From: the human T2T-CHM13v2.0 reference genome, Homo sapiens | Reading direction: 5' to 3' (one strand) | Assembly: GCF_009914755.1 (NCBI RefSeq) | Contig: NC_060939.1 | DNA: 64,000 nucleotides | In this document: positions 1-15,413 of the stretch, in pieces | How positions within the stretch are numbered: the first letter of the stretch is position 1 | How the letters are laid out: each line of letters opens with the position of its first letter | Program-made: the position numbers and the translations under genes | The notes under the pieces: generated by a model | What the model was told of the DNA's origin: nothing | Seen by the model: only the letters and a program-made list of their open reading frames with translations | Databases searched by the model: none

Positions 1-1200
1 GTAAGTTTCTTATAGATTGCATATAGTTGGATCATTTTTTGGGTAACAAGTTTGACAGTCTTTATCTTTTAAATGTTGTGACATGATCATTTACATTTAA
101 TGTAATTATAGATATGCTAGAATTTAAATTTGTTATGATATTATTTGTTTTTTATTTGTTTACCTCTGTTTTTCTTTTCTCTTTTTTCTTTCCTGACTAC
201 CTCTGGGTTGCTTGAACATATTTTAGTATTCTGTTTTGATTTTTCTGTACTTTGCTTTGTGTCTATATGCTCTAGGATTACAAAATCCATACTTAAAATG
301 TCTGTCTGTTTTTAGAAACATTTCACCCCTTCATGTGTAATATAGAAAGCTTTAGTTTCTTTTCCCCACATCCCTTTACAATATAAACATCTTAAATGTT
401 ACTTTTATATACATTTTATAAAACCACCAATATTATGGCTTTTTGCTTTCAACCTTTAAACAAAATTTAAAACACTAAAGAAGAGATGAATAATCTGTAT
501 TTTTTAGTTAGTCATATTTATTATATCTACTCCTTTGTATATATTAGGAAAGATCAGTGGAAAGTGTATGGGCATGTGTTTCCTTAATCGTTCTTAATAT
601 ATACATTGATCTTTTTTCCACTGCTTTTTCTTGATTACTGATGTTCCAAATTTTCCTTTATTATTTTTTTCTGCCAGAAAAATTTGGTTTAATTTATTCT
701 CTCAGAGAAAGTCTGCTGCTGACAAATACTTTTAATTTACCTCATTTTTTTAAATCTGTGAACATATTTATTTTACTCATATTTCTAAAGGATAATTTTA
801 GAGGTTTAAAATTTTGTATCAACTGTCCTGTTTTTATTAAACTTGAAAAAATTTTGTGCCACTTTTTTCTGGTCTGCGTCCTGATGAGTAATCTGCCTTG
901 TTTGAATTGTTGTTTCCTACAGGTAAGGTGTTATTTTTCTCTAGCTGTTTTTAAGTATTTTCCTTATTTTAGGTTTATAAAATTTGGTTATAATGTGTCT
1001 GGCCATACACTTTCTTAGGCTTATCCTGTTTAGGATTCACTTGGCTACTTGAATCTGTAAGTTTTTGTTTTTCATCACATTTTGGAAGTTATTATTGCTT
1101 CTAATATTCTTCATCTGTATGCTTCCCTCTCTTTCTTGGACTCTGTTGACATAAATGTTAGATCTTTGTTAGTTCCTCACTGAGACTGTGTCTTTGTTAA
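1..1200 (-). mobile_element. Highly decayed old L1M fragment(s), ORF1/inter-ORF region
   Basis: T-rich sequence with L1M antisense motifs (tttacatttaatgtaattatagatat; gtctgctgctgacaaat; gataattttagagg); boundaries approximate. Confidence 0.6.
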
Positions 1201-1224
1201 TTTTCTGTATATTTTCTGATGTTT

Positions 1225-1760
1225 TTAAATAGACTTTGTTTTCTAGTTTTTAAAAATAAATTTTATCATGTCTATTTGAGGTCTACAACATGATGTTATG
1301 AAATACAAATAGATAATAAAATGGTTACTATAGTGAAATAGATGAACATATCTATTATCTCACATACATTTTGCAACAAGAGCAGCTAAAATCTACTTAT
1401 TTAAGAAAAATCCCAAATACAGTACAATTTTATTGACTTTAGTCTTTATAGATTTTATTTTTAGACCCATTTCAGGTTTACAAACTGAGGAGAAAGTACA
1501 GAGGGTTTCCATATATCTTCTCTCACACATGCACAATCTCTCCCACTATCAACATCCTGCACCTAAGTGTTACATTCATTATAATCTATGAACCTATTTT
1601 TTACATGTTATTATCACCCAAGGTCTATAGTTTATATTCGGGTTCACTCTTGGACGTGTATATTCTATGTTGTTTTTTTTTTTTTTTTTGACAAAGTTAT
1701 ATTGACTTGTATCCACCATTATAGTATCATGTAGAATAGTCCCAGTGCCCTAAAAACTCT
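1225..1760 (-). mobile_element. L1MC-type 3' end, interrupted by a short L1MA 3' end (~1247-1447)
   Basis: ttcaggtttacaaactgaggagaaagtacagaggg...ggttcactcttgg resembles the 3' end at 8230; 1260-1440 resembles the L1MA 3' ends at 26150 and 45370. Confidence 0.6.
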
Positions 1761-1799
1761 GTGTTTGTGCTAGACATATCATAGAATCATATTTTCAAT

Positions 1800-2132
1800 C
1801 CTCAAACCTCTTGAGATTGGGTATGGCCATGTGACTTGATTTGGCCAGAGAAATGTAAGCAAAAGTGAAATGTGTCATTTGTGGGCAAAACTTAAACAGC
1901 TGGTGGTTTCCTGCTCTCTCTTTCTGCCCTGGCTATTGGCTGGGTTCTGAGTAGTAGATGCTATATCAACCTGTTTCCTGATAAGGATGGCATGAACAAA
2001 CACCTTAACCTACACATAAACATGTGATGTACTTGTGCTGTGTGTAAGAAATAACCCTAGTTGTTTGAGGCCACTGTGGTTTTTAATTTATGGATTACTA
2101 CGATATAACTTTAACCAATTGTGAGTGATACA
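1800..2132. mobile_element. MLT1 (ERVL-MaLR) solo LTR remnant
   Basis: ggccatgtgacttgatttggccagagaaatgtaagcaaaagtg...gaaataaccctagttgtttgaggccactg motifs typical of MLT1. Confidence 0.6.
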
Positions 2133-3084
2133 AAGAGTTTGTGCATGTGAGCATATGTTCTCAGGGTTTCTGTGACATAAAAGTGCTCAAAAATTAACTC
2201 TATGAGGGCTAATATTAATACTAGGCACCTAAGGGAATAGAATTTTAAAAGCATATATCACTTTTCCTTGTGTAGTATTTTTACTCCTGGTGACAGAATC
2301 TCATTCTCTCTTCAAAACATATGCTCTTCCTTTCCATTGTGGGCCTGCTGATATTGAAGATAAAAGTGCTCATGCATGCATCCTAATCAGAGTAGTAGGC
2401 ATTTAAACTGGACTGAGTCGATCATAGAAAATTATCTTACCTGGCAGAGATACATGTGTGGGTAAGCATCTTACCCAACCTAGGCCAATTAGACTCTTGC
2501 AGAAACGTGAACCTTGTGCAGTGTTCAGGAGGTGGCTAACACCAAGCCAGAGCCCTGGCAGCTCTCTTCAATTTCTGTATTGAGATTACTCTTGTTGTCT
2601 TCTCTCCTATTCTCCCTAAGTCATATTTGCTTAACTTTAATTTTGTAACTAGTCAGTGCCCTTTAAAAATGTTTCCTTTCTCTATCTGCTTAAAATAATC
2701 AGCATTAGTTTCTGTTGCTTATTTATAAAGACCCACATTTCATAGAAGTAGACAATGATTTGTCTTTTATTGATTAGTTTAAAGATTAGTCCTTGGAATT
2801 ACCCATCTCTTCTAATTAATTTCTACACGTATGAATACCAAATTTTCCTGATACTTTCCCTTTGTTTACTTTATTATATTTTCTCACCCTCTGAAGCAAA
2901 TGCTTATTAATAATACTTTCTTTTGCTTGTCTAGAATTGCACACTTTAATGATTATGAAATTTCTTCTGAGTACTTTTGGATTTGCCATATACTTGTATA
3001 TTTTAGTGTTTATATTATATTTCTTTCTGAATATTCTTTAATTTTGAATTTTATTTCCAATTTATCAAAAACTTGAGAATTTAA

Positions 3085-4040
3085 TATTTTTTATTTGTGT
3101 AAATTTAATAGGTAGAAGTCCAGTTTTGTAACATGGATATATTGCATGGCAGTGAAGTCTGGACTTTAAGTGTAATCATCACCTGAATGTAGGCCCTACC
3201 CGTTAAGTAACTTCTCCCTTTTGCCCCAATGTCCTGACACCCTTTCAAGTCTTCAGTGTCTGTTATTTCACACTCTATGTCCATGTGTACACTTTATTTA
3301 CTTTCTAATTATAAATGATAACACGCAGCATTTGACTTTGTTTCTGAGTTGTTTCACTTAAGTTTATGCCCCCCAATTCCATCCATGTTGTGGCAAAATA
3401 TATGATTTCATTCTTTTTTATGCCTGAATAGTATTCCATTGTGTATATATACCATAGTTTCCTTATCCATTCAACTGTTGGTGGACACTTTGATTGATTC
3501 CAAATCTTTACTATTGTGAATAGTACTGTGATGAACATGAGAATATAAATGTCTTTTTGATATAATTATTTATTTTTCCTTTGGGAAGATACCCAGTAGT
3601 GGTATTTTATTGCTGGATGGAATGGTAGCTCTATTGTAGTTATTTGAGTAATCTCCATACTGTCTTTGATAGAGGTTGTGCTAACTCAGATTCCCACCAA
3701 CAATATATAAGTGTTTCCTTTTCTCTGCATCCTTGCCAACACCTGTTGATTTTTACTTTTTAATAACAGCCTTTCTGACTGGTGTAGGATGGTATCTGAC
3801 TGTGATTTTAATTTGCACTTCTCTGGTTATTATGTTGAGCACTTTTTCATATGCTTTTTGGCCATTCACGTTTTCTTTTGAAAAATATCTATTCATGTTT
3901 TTTGCTTACATATTAGTGAGGCTATTTGAGGGTTTTTTGTTGTTGTTGTTGAGTTGTTTGAGTTCCTTGTAAGTTCGTAATATCAGTCCCCTGTCAGATC
4001 ATAGTTTGCAAATATTTTCTCCCATTCTGCAATTGGTTTA
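3085..4040 (-). mobile_element. L1PB/L1MA-type 3' end (ORF2 C-terminus + 3'UTR), 5'-truncated
   Basis: ORF 3305-3538(-) reads LFTIVKIWNQSKCP..WIRKLWYIYTMEYY, homologous to the ORF2p C-terminus. Confidence 0.85.
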
Positions 4041-5859
4041 CTTCCTTTTCCAGTTTTGTTTTTGTTTTCATTTTTGTTTTATTGTGATCTGAATATTGAC
4101 TTATACCATTTTTACCTTTTATAATTTATTGAAGTTATCTGCAGTGTAATATATTAGTAAAATCAGATGATATTTTATTCCATGGACATTTTAGAAGAAG
4201 GTGTATTGTAGTTTTAGGCTATGAATGGCATCCATTTTATTTGTCTCATAAATGATTCTTTAATTCCCTATGGCTATAATCTTTTGTGTGCTTGCACTAA
4301 GTCCAACATGGACAGAGGCAGATTAGTTCTTTTTCTACTAAGATTTTTATTATTTATTGTTCTATGCCTTTGGATTATAAATATTTGGTGATTTTTTTAA
4401 TGCAGAAAAAAATGTATGCATACATGTCCTAACTTCAGTGTGAATTGTATATTTTGTGTTATAAAGTTCTCTTGCATGTCACGATTTATGAATGTGGTTC
4501 TATTCTGTGAAGGGCAAAGCTGCTCAGTGACCGATGACAAGAAATTTTAGGTCATTCTCCTCAGTCAGGAATTTATAGTAGAAATTACTGATAAAATAAA
4601 ATTTGTAACAGTATTAGGTAAAAACAGAATAAATAGAATAATCATAATGTTTGTTCCTTATAACAAAATAAATTCTAGGAGAGATGAATAAATCTTAATA
4701 AGTAATTTAGAAAACATTATATAATTCTAAAACGAAGAAAGACTTCCTAATTATGATGTGAAACCCAGAAACTCTTAACAGGGAAGATTGTCAAATGTGC
4801 ATATATTATAGGTCAATTATGAATCCTAAAAAATAAAAAGATTTTAATGTTAAAAAATCACAAATAAAGTTCAATTACATAGGCCAAAATGTATGAATAT
4901 ATACTACAAGAGAAGGAAAAATAATCTATGAATGTTTCCTGTCAAGATATGTGAAAGGACAAATAACCCAAAAGAAAAATGGCCAAGAGTCTAAATAGAT
5001 ATTTCACAACAGAAAAAAAATACAAATAGCCAAAAACATGTAAGAAGAATGTACAACATAATTAGTAATAATGCAAATGCTAAAAAAATAGCAGCATGTA
5101 ATATTTTCTATAATGATTCCTATAATAATTTCACACTGTAATGGGTGAAGTGTTGGGTAATTGATACTTACTTTTACTAACGATGGGTGTGTCAGTTAGT
5201 ACATTTCTATTTCAAGCAACCAAATTTTAAAATATGTATACCCTTCTCCACCTAGAAATTAATCTTGATTTTAAAAAACTCACAAGATTTGTTTACATAT
5301 TTATAATGAAAACATCTTGGAGGCTATCTGAAGGACTTAACAATAAAAGAATATGTCAAATCAATATAATGAAATGTTAGGCAAATGATTTAGACATGAG
5401 ATTAATGTATATATTCATGGTATCAAAAATTGTCCCAGATATATTGCTTAAAGATGAAAGATATATAGAATATTATGCAAATTGTAAGTTAATTGTTTTT
5501 GAAATAAGGCGTGTATGCAGTTCAGGAAAACATTTCAAATGTTTGTCTGTAAAGCATTAATAATAGTTCCTCCTGGGATGGGTCTATGACTAAAAATAAA
5601 ATAAATTGCAGGAATGTGTGGTTAAGAATGATGAATTAAAGGGGTTTTTAATCCCGCACTCTTCTCTGAAGCCAACTGGAAAAAATAAAAGCATAGTGGA
5701 ATTACTCATGGTAAATGAAACTAGAAAGGAGTTCCCACAAGCCATGGAGTAAAAGAAATAGCTGCCAAATATAGTGAGGTCAGAATCAAAACAAAGGAAG
5801 ACACAGCCATTTTTACATGATTAAATAAATAAATAAATAAATAAATTGGGATAAAGAGA

Positions 5860-6530
5860 CAAATCTCTAGTGCAGTAAATTCCAAATAAATTCTGTAGCT
5901 ATTGGCCCCTCAGGTATGTGGTAGGTATCTTCCTATCCCTTAATTGTGGGCTCCACATCCAACATTTTTTCCAAAGAGTACACATCAAAAGAGAGAAAGA
6001 AGTAATTTACCCTACAGAATCTTGAAAAACCTCAGCCATGTGACCAAGGTCAACACCAACTATTATTATAAGTCATGTTGATAGCATGGATCTTTATATG
6101 GTATGATAAAAATGTCACCTTACCTCTTTAGTCTTCCTCCCCAAAAGCATACAACTCCACTCTAACCATGAAAAAGTTATCAGAGAAGCCCACACTGATG
6201 GGCATTCTATAAGATGCTTGACCAGTACTTCTCAAAGTGGTTAATGTCATCCAAAACAAGGAATGTCTGAGAAATGATCACAACCCAGGGAAAACTGAGA
6301 AGAGGCATGATGCCAACATGTGATGTGGTACCTAATGCAGTTTCCTAATGATCTTTTTCCAGGATAGGTTCCTGGGGTAGAAAAAGGTCATTAGGAAAAA
6401 AATATTTATAATCTGAATAAAATATGAACTTTAGTTAATATATTAATATTAGTCTATTAGTTCAACAGGAGGAACTCGTGTCGGGTATATGGAAGCTCTC
6501 TGTAGTATCTATCACATCTTTCATATATTA
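5860..6530 (+). mobile_element. Old L1MC/MD 3'UTR fragment
   Basis: gtcatgttgatagcatgg, gggcattctataagatgcttgaccagtacttctcaaagt, gggtatatggaagctctctgta motifs. Confidence 0.6.
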
Positions 6531-6784
6531 GATATACATTTGATACTTACAAAATATCACTAAATGAAAAAAATAGACTTTTTTTCTGTCCTTTAAAGAG
6601 AAAACGTGGAAACAATTGGCATAAGCTTGTAGGAGGCACATTTTAGTTCTATAAAATTTGTATTTTTTAATAATCTGAGCTGCGTGCAGGGGTAATGCAG
6701 CAGTGGAGGTAATCAAATTATAGTTGGGGAAACATTTGTTAGAGATTTGGAGAAGTAGATTAAAGCATCTGATAAGGTTTAAAC

Positions 6785-6970
6785 TGTATAATAATAAAGA
6801 TAACACCCATTGAACAATATAATGTTCTTCGCACGATACAATCCTCACAACACACCACTTTAGAGACAGGAAACTGAGACCCATGAGGGCCCAGACAGTA
6901 CACAGCCCATACAGAAACCATCTCTGTCCCAAGCCAAAGCCCATGGCCTTTCCACTCAGATGACTGCCTT
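6785..6970 (-). mobile_element. MIR SINE fragment
   Basis: aatcctcacaac...acaggaaactgagaccca MIR core motif. Confidence 0.65.
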
Positions 6971-9476
6971 CTGAGGTAGGTCTTCAAGATGTGTCTAAGA
7001 AAAAAGGTTGATTCAAGAAGAAAGAATTTCACTGAAAGAAAAAAATGGCAAAGTGGCAAACTGAAGAGCTAGGAAAAATGCTTAGAACCAGAACAGAAAC
7101 TAGAAGAGTTATTAATTGTGGGCTCCAGGTTATATGTGAAACAAAAAATAAAATAAAATAAAATTCATCTGAAGATACTTAATCCCCTTTAAATTATTTT
7201 TTTTCCCTCCACTATGAAATATCACCAGTTGACAGGAGATACAGATATTTAACCAAGTAAAACTCTAAAACGTTGGCTTTCAATCCACTCTTTCATACGA
7301 TGGACACAACCAGGTGTGTTTATTGAACGCTGCAGGATACTCTAGATCTAGCAATGAGCAGAAGCAAGGTTCACATTGGAGGCATTCTGTGCTATGATAA
7401 AACATATTTATCATGAGGGAGAAAAGGAATGTATTGTGGTCAGCCAATTGTGTGGAAAAGAATATATGTAATAGACTTCATAGGATTTTGCAGTGTATAT
7501 GTGTAGTTATTTGAGAAAATTGCCTGGGGCTTGTTTTCATTCACACTTATCTTCACCTCTTCTACCACCATGCTTTCCTCCAAGTAATCAGTAAGCAGAA
7601 ATGAAATAGTTGGAATCAGCAGCATTCCGAGTTAAAGATGTGAGCATTTTATGTGTAAAGGGTCAGTTGTATTAAAAATCTTGAAATCTGTTCTGGGTGA
7701 CTGTGGGCTATTGATCTCCCCATTGTGGAATGCATCCTAGTTGAAGGTTAGCCAGAGATCTTCACAATAGTGTTTCTGCAGGCAAAGCCGCCTTCCTCTG
7801 TTCGCGAGGAAACTGTTTAATTCATAAAGCTTTGATGCTTAAACTGTTTCTGACCTTCTGTGAGCACTTCAAAGGGGAAAATTAGCTGCCTGGAAAAATA
7901 TAATGACCTAAATCCAGCAATTTGGGACACACATGTTTTAGTCTGTTGAACTCATGTTGACTATTTATACTGTGTTTCTTTTTGGAACAGATTGCCTTGC
8001 AGGCCTATAATTGGATAAAGGTGCTAATTTGGAGAGTTTGAAAATGACTAGGTATCGATTTCTCATTTAAGTGCCATTCCTATTAGAATCTTAGCTCAGA
8101 AGCAAGATGTAAGAATCTGTGCTTAAAGTTTCTTTCTCTCTATTTACGCTTTTTTTATTATTTGCATTTCTTAAAGTAAAATTATATTCATGATAAATAT
8201 ATAAAGAAGCAGCAATACATTTTTTCTTTTCGATTATTAACTTGATTTTTTAAAAGAAATTTTGTGTTCACAGAAAAATTGAGCAGAAAGTATAAAGTTT
8301 CCATATGCCCCTTGTCCCTACACATGACAACCCTCTTCATTATTGACATCCCTTACCACAGTGGTACATTTATTACAATTGATGAACTTACATTGACATA
8401 TCACTACCACTCAGAGCCCATAGTATACATTAGGGTTTACTCTGGATGTTGTACGTTCTGTGGGTTTGGACAACCTTATAATGACATATATCCATTGCAA
8501 TATCATACAGAATGATTTTACTGCCCTAAACATCCTCCAGTTTCCGCCTGTTTTCTCCTTTTGATCAATCCATGAGAACTGACAATCGTATTACTGTCCC
8601 TGTAATTTTGCCTTTTCTAGAATGTCATAGAGTAGTTGGAATCATACAGTATTGGATTATTTCACTTAGTGATATACATTTAAGATTCCTTTATATCTTT
8701 TCATGGCTTGATAGCCAATTTCTTTTTAGAGCTCAATCTACTGTCAGATGTACCACAGTTTATCCATTCACCTACTAAAGAACATCTTGTTTCTTCCAAG
8801 TTTTGGCAACTATAGATAAAGCTGTGTGCCGGTTTTTGTGTGAGCATGAGTTTTCAACTCATTTGAGTAAATACCAAAGAGCACGATTGCTGGATCATAA
8901 GGTAAGAGTATGTTTAGTTTGGTTAAAAAAAAATTGTCTTTCAAAGTAGTGATACCATTTTGAATTCTTACCAGAAATAACTGTGTGTTCCTCACCAGCA
9001 TTTGGTACCTTCAGTATTTTGTAATTCTGTGAAGAATGTTGTTGGTATTGTGATAGGATACACTGAATCTGTAGATCACTTTGGGTAGTATGGGTAGTAT
9101 GTACATTTTAACAATACTGTCTCTACCAACCCATGAACATGGGATATCTTTCCATGCACTTGTGTTCTTTTCAATGTCCTTTATCAGTGTTTTATAGTTT
9201 TCAGTGGAGAGATTTTTCACCTTCTTGGTCACATTTATTTTTAGGTATCTTATTTTTTTTATTTTATTATTATTACACTTTAAGTTTTAGGGTACATGTG
9301 CACAATGTGCAGGTTAGTTACATATGTATACATGTGCCATGCTGGTGTGCTGCACCCATTAACTCGTCATTTAGCATTAGGTATATCTCCTAATGCTATC
9401 CCTCCCCCCTCCCCCCACCCCACAACAGTCCCCAGAGTGTGATGTTCCTCTTCCTGTGTCCATGTGTTCTCATTGT

Positions 9477-13302
<3,826 letters not shown>

Positions 13303-13365
13303 TATGATATTAGCTGGTTATTTTGCTCGTTAGTTGATGCAGTTTCTTCCTAGCCTTGATGGTCT

Positions 13366-14382
13366 TTACAACTTGGCATGATTTTGCAGTGGCTGGTACC
13401 GGTTGTTCCTTTCCATGTTTAGTGCTTCCTTCAGGAGCTCTTTTAGGGCAGGCCTGGTGGTGACAAAATCTCTCAGCATTTGCTTGTCTGTAAAGTATTT
13501 TATTTCTCCTTCACTTATGAAGCTTAGTTTGGCTGGATATGAAATTCTGGGTTGAAAATTCTTTTCTTTAAGAATGTTGAATATTGGCCCCCACTCTCTT
13601 CTGGCTTGTAGAGTTTCTGACAAGAGATCCGCTGTTAGTCTGATGGGCTTCCCTTTGTGGGTAACCCGACCTTTCTCTCTGGCTGCCCTTAACATTTTTT
13701 CCTTCATTTCAACTTTGGTGAATCTGACAATTATGTGTCTTGGAGTTGCTCTTCTCGAGGAGTATCTTTGTGGCGTTCTCTGTACTTCCTGAATCTGAAT
13801 GTTGGCCTGCCTTGCTAGATTGGGGAAGTTCTCCTGCATAATATCCTGCAGAGTGTTTTCCAACTTGGTTCCATTCTCCCCATCACTTTCAGGTACACCT
13901 ATCAGACGTAGATTTGTTCTTTTCACATAGTCCCATATTTCTTGGAGACTTTGTTCGTTTCTTTTTATTCTTTTTTCTCTAAACTTCTGTTCTCACTTCA
14001 TTTCATTCATTTCATCTTCCATCACTGATACCGTTTCTTCCAGTTGATGGCATCGTTTCCTGAGGCTTCTGCATTCTTCACGGTGTTCTCGAGCCTTGGC
14101 TTTCAGCTCCATCAGCTCCTTTAAGCACTTCTCTGTATTGGTTATTCTAGTTATACATTCGTCTAAATTTTTTTCAAAGTTTTTAACTTCTTTGCCTTTG
14201 GTTTGAATTTCCTCCTGTAGCTCAGAGTAGTTTGATCATCTGAAGCCTTCTTCTCTCAACTCATCAAAGTCATTCTCTGTCCAGCTTTGTTCCGTTGCTG
14301 GTGAGGAACTACATTCCTGTGGAGGAGGAGAGGCGCTCTGCTTTTTAGAGTTTCCAGTTTTGCTGCTCTGTTTTTTCCCCAT
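13366..14382 (-). pseudogene. L1 ORF1p, 1017-nt span with premature stop
   Basis: ATG at 14382, TAA at 13366; in-frame TGA at 13995-13993 (codon 130, MK*EQKF where consensus has Arg, a CGA>TGA CpG decay); C-terminal 186 aa match ORF1p. Confidence 0.95.
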
Positions 14383-15413
14383 CTTTGTGGTTTTATCTAC
14401 TTTTGGTCTTTGATGATGGTGATGTACAGATGGGTTTTTGGTGTGGATGTCCTGTTTGTTAGTTTTCCTTCTAACAGACAGGACCCTCAGCTGCAGGTCT
14501 GTTGGCGTTTGCTAGAGGTTCACTCCAGACCCTGTTTGCCTGGGTACCAGCAGTGGTGTCTGCAGTACAGTGGATTTTTCTGAACCGCGAATGTTGCTGT
14601 CTGATCATTCCTCTGGAAGTTTTGTCTCAGAGGAGTACCGGGCCGTGTGAGGTGTCAGTGTGCCCCTGCTGGGGGGTGCCTCCCAGTTAGGCTGCTCGGG
14701 GTTCAGGGGTCAGGGACCCACTTGAGGAGGCAGTCTGCCGGTTCTCAGATCTCCAGCTGCGTGCTGGGAGAACCACTGCTCTCTTCAAAGCTGTCAGACA
14801 GGGACATTTAAGTCTGCAGAGGTTACTGCTGTCTTTTTGTTTGTCTGTGCCCTGCCCCCAGAGGTGGAGCCTACAGAGGCAGGCAGGCCTCCTTGAGCTG
14901 TGGTGGGCTCCACCCAGTTCGAGCTTCCAGGCTGCTTTGTTTACCTAAGCAAGCCTGGGCAATGGTGGGCGCCCCTCCCCCAGCCTCGCTGCCGCCTTGC
15001 AGTTTGATCTCAGACTGCTGTGCTAGCAATTAGCAAGACTCCGTGGGCGTAGGACCCTCCGAGCCAGGTGCGGGTTATAATCTACTGGTGCGCCGTGTTT
15101 TAAGCCCGTGGAAAAGCGCAGTATTAGGGTGGGAGTGACCCGATTTTCCAGGTGCCGTCGGTCACCCCTTTCTTTGACTAGGAAAGGGAACTCCCTGACC
15201 CCTTGCGCTTCCCGAGTGAGGCAATGTCTCGCCCTGCTTTGGCTCGCGCATGGTGCGCTGCACCCACTGTCCTGCGCCCTCTGTCTGGCACTCCCTAGTG
15301 AGATGAACGCGGTACCTCAGATGGAAATGCAGAAATCACCTGTCTTCTGCGTCACTCATGCTGGGAGCTGTAGACCGGAGCTGTTCCTATTCGTCCATCT
15401 TGGCTGTAATCCC
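14383..15413 (-). promoter_or_regulatory. L1 5'UTR with sense (minus) and antisense (plus) promoter regions
   Basis: CpG-rich L1PA 5'UTR sequence; retains the ~129-bp segment at 14506-14633; activity not shown. Confidence 0.8.
14962..15178 (+). pseudogene. L1 ORF0 (antisense), disrupted
   Basis: ATGGTGGGCGCCCCTCCCCCAGCC start at 14962; CAG>TAG stop at 15031-15033 (codon 24). Confidence 0.8.

Noticed and set aside
13366-13926. 186-aa ORF1p C-terminal ORF as a functional gene
   Set aside because: Starts at an internal GTG downstream of the codon-130 nonsense mutation
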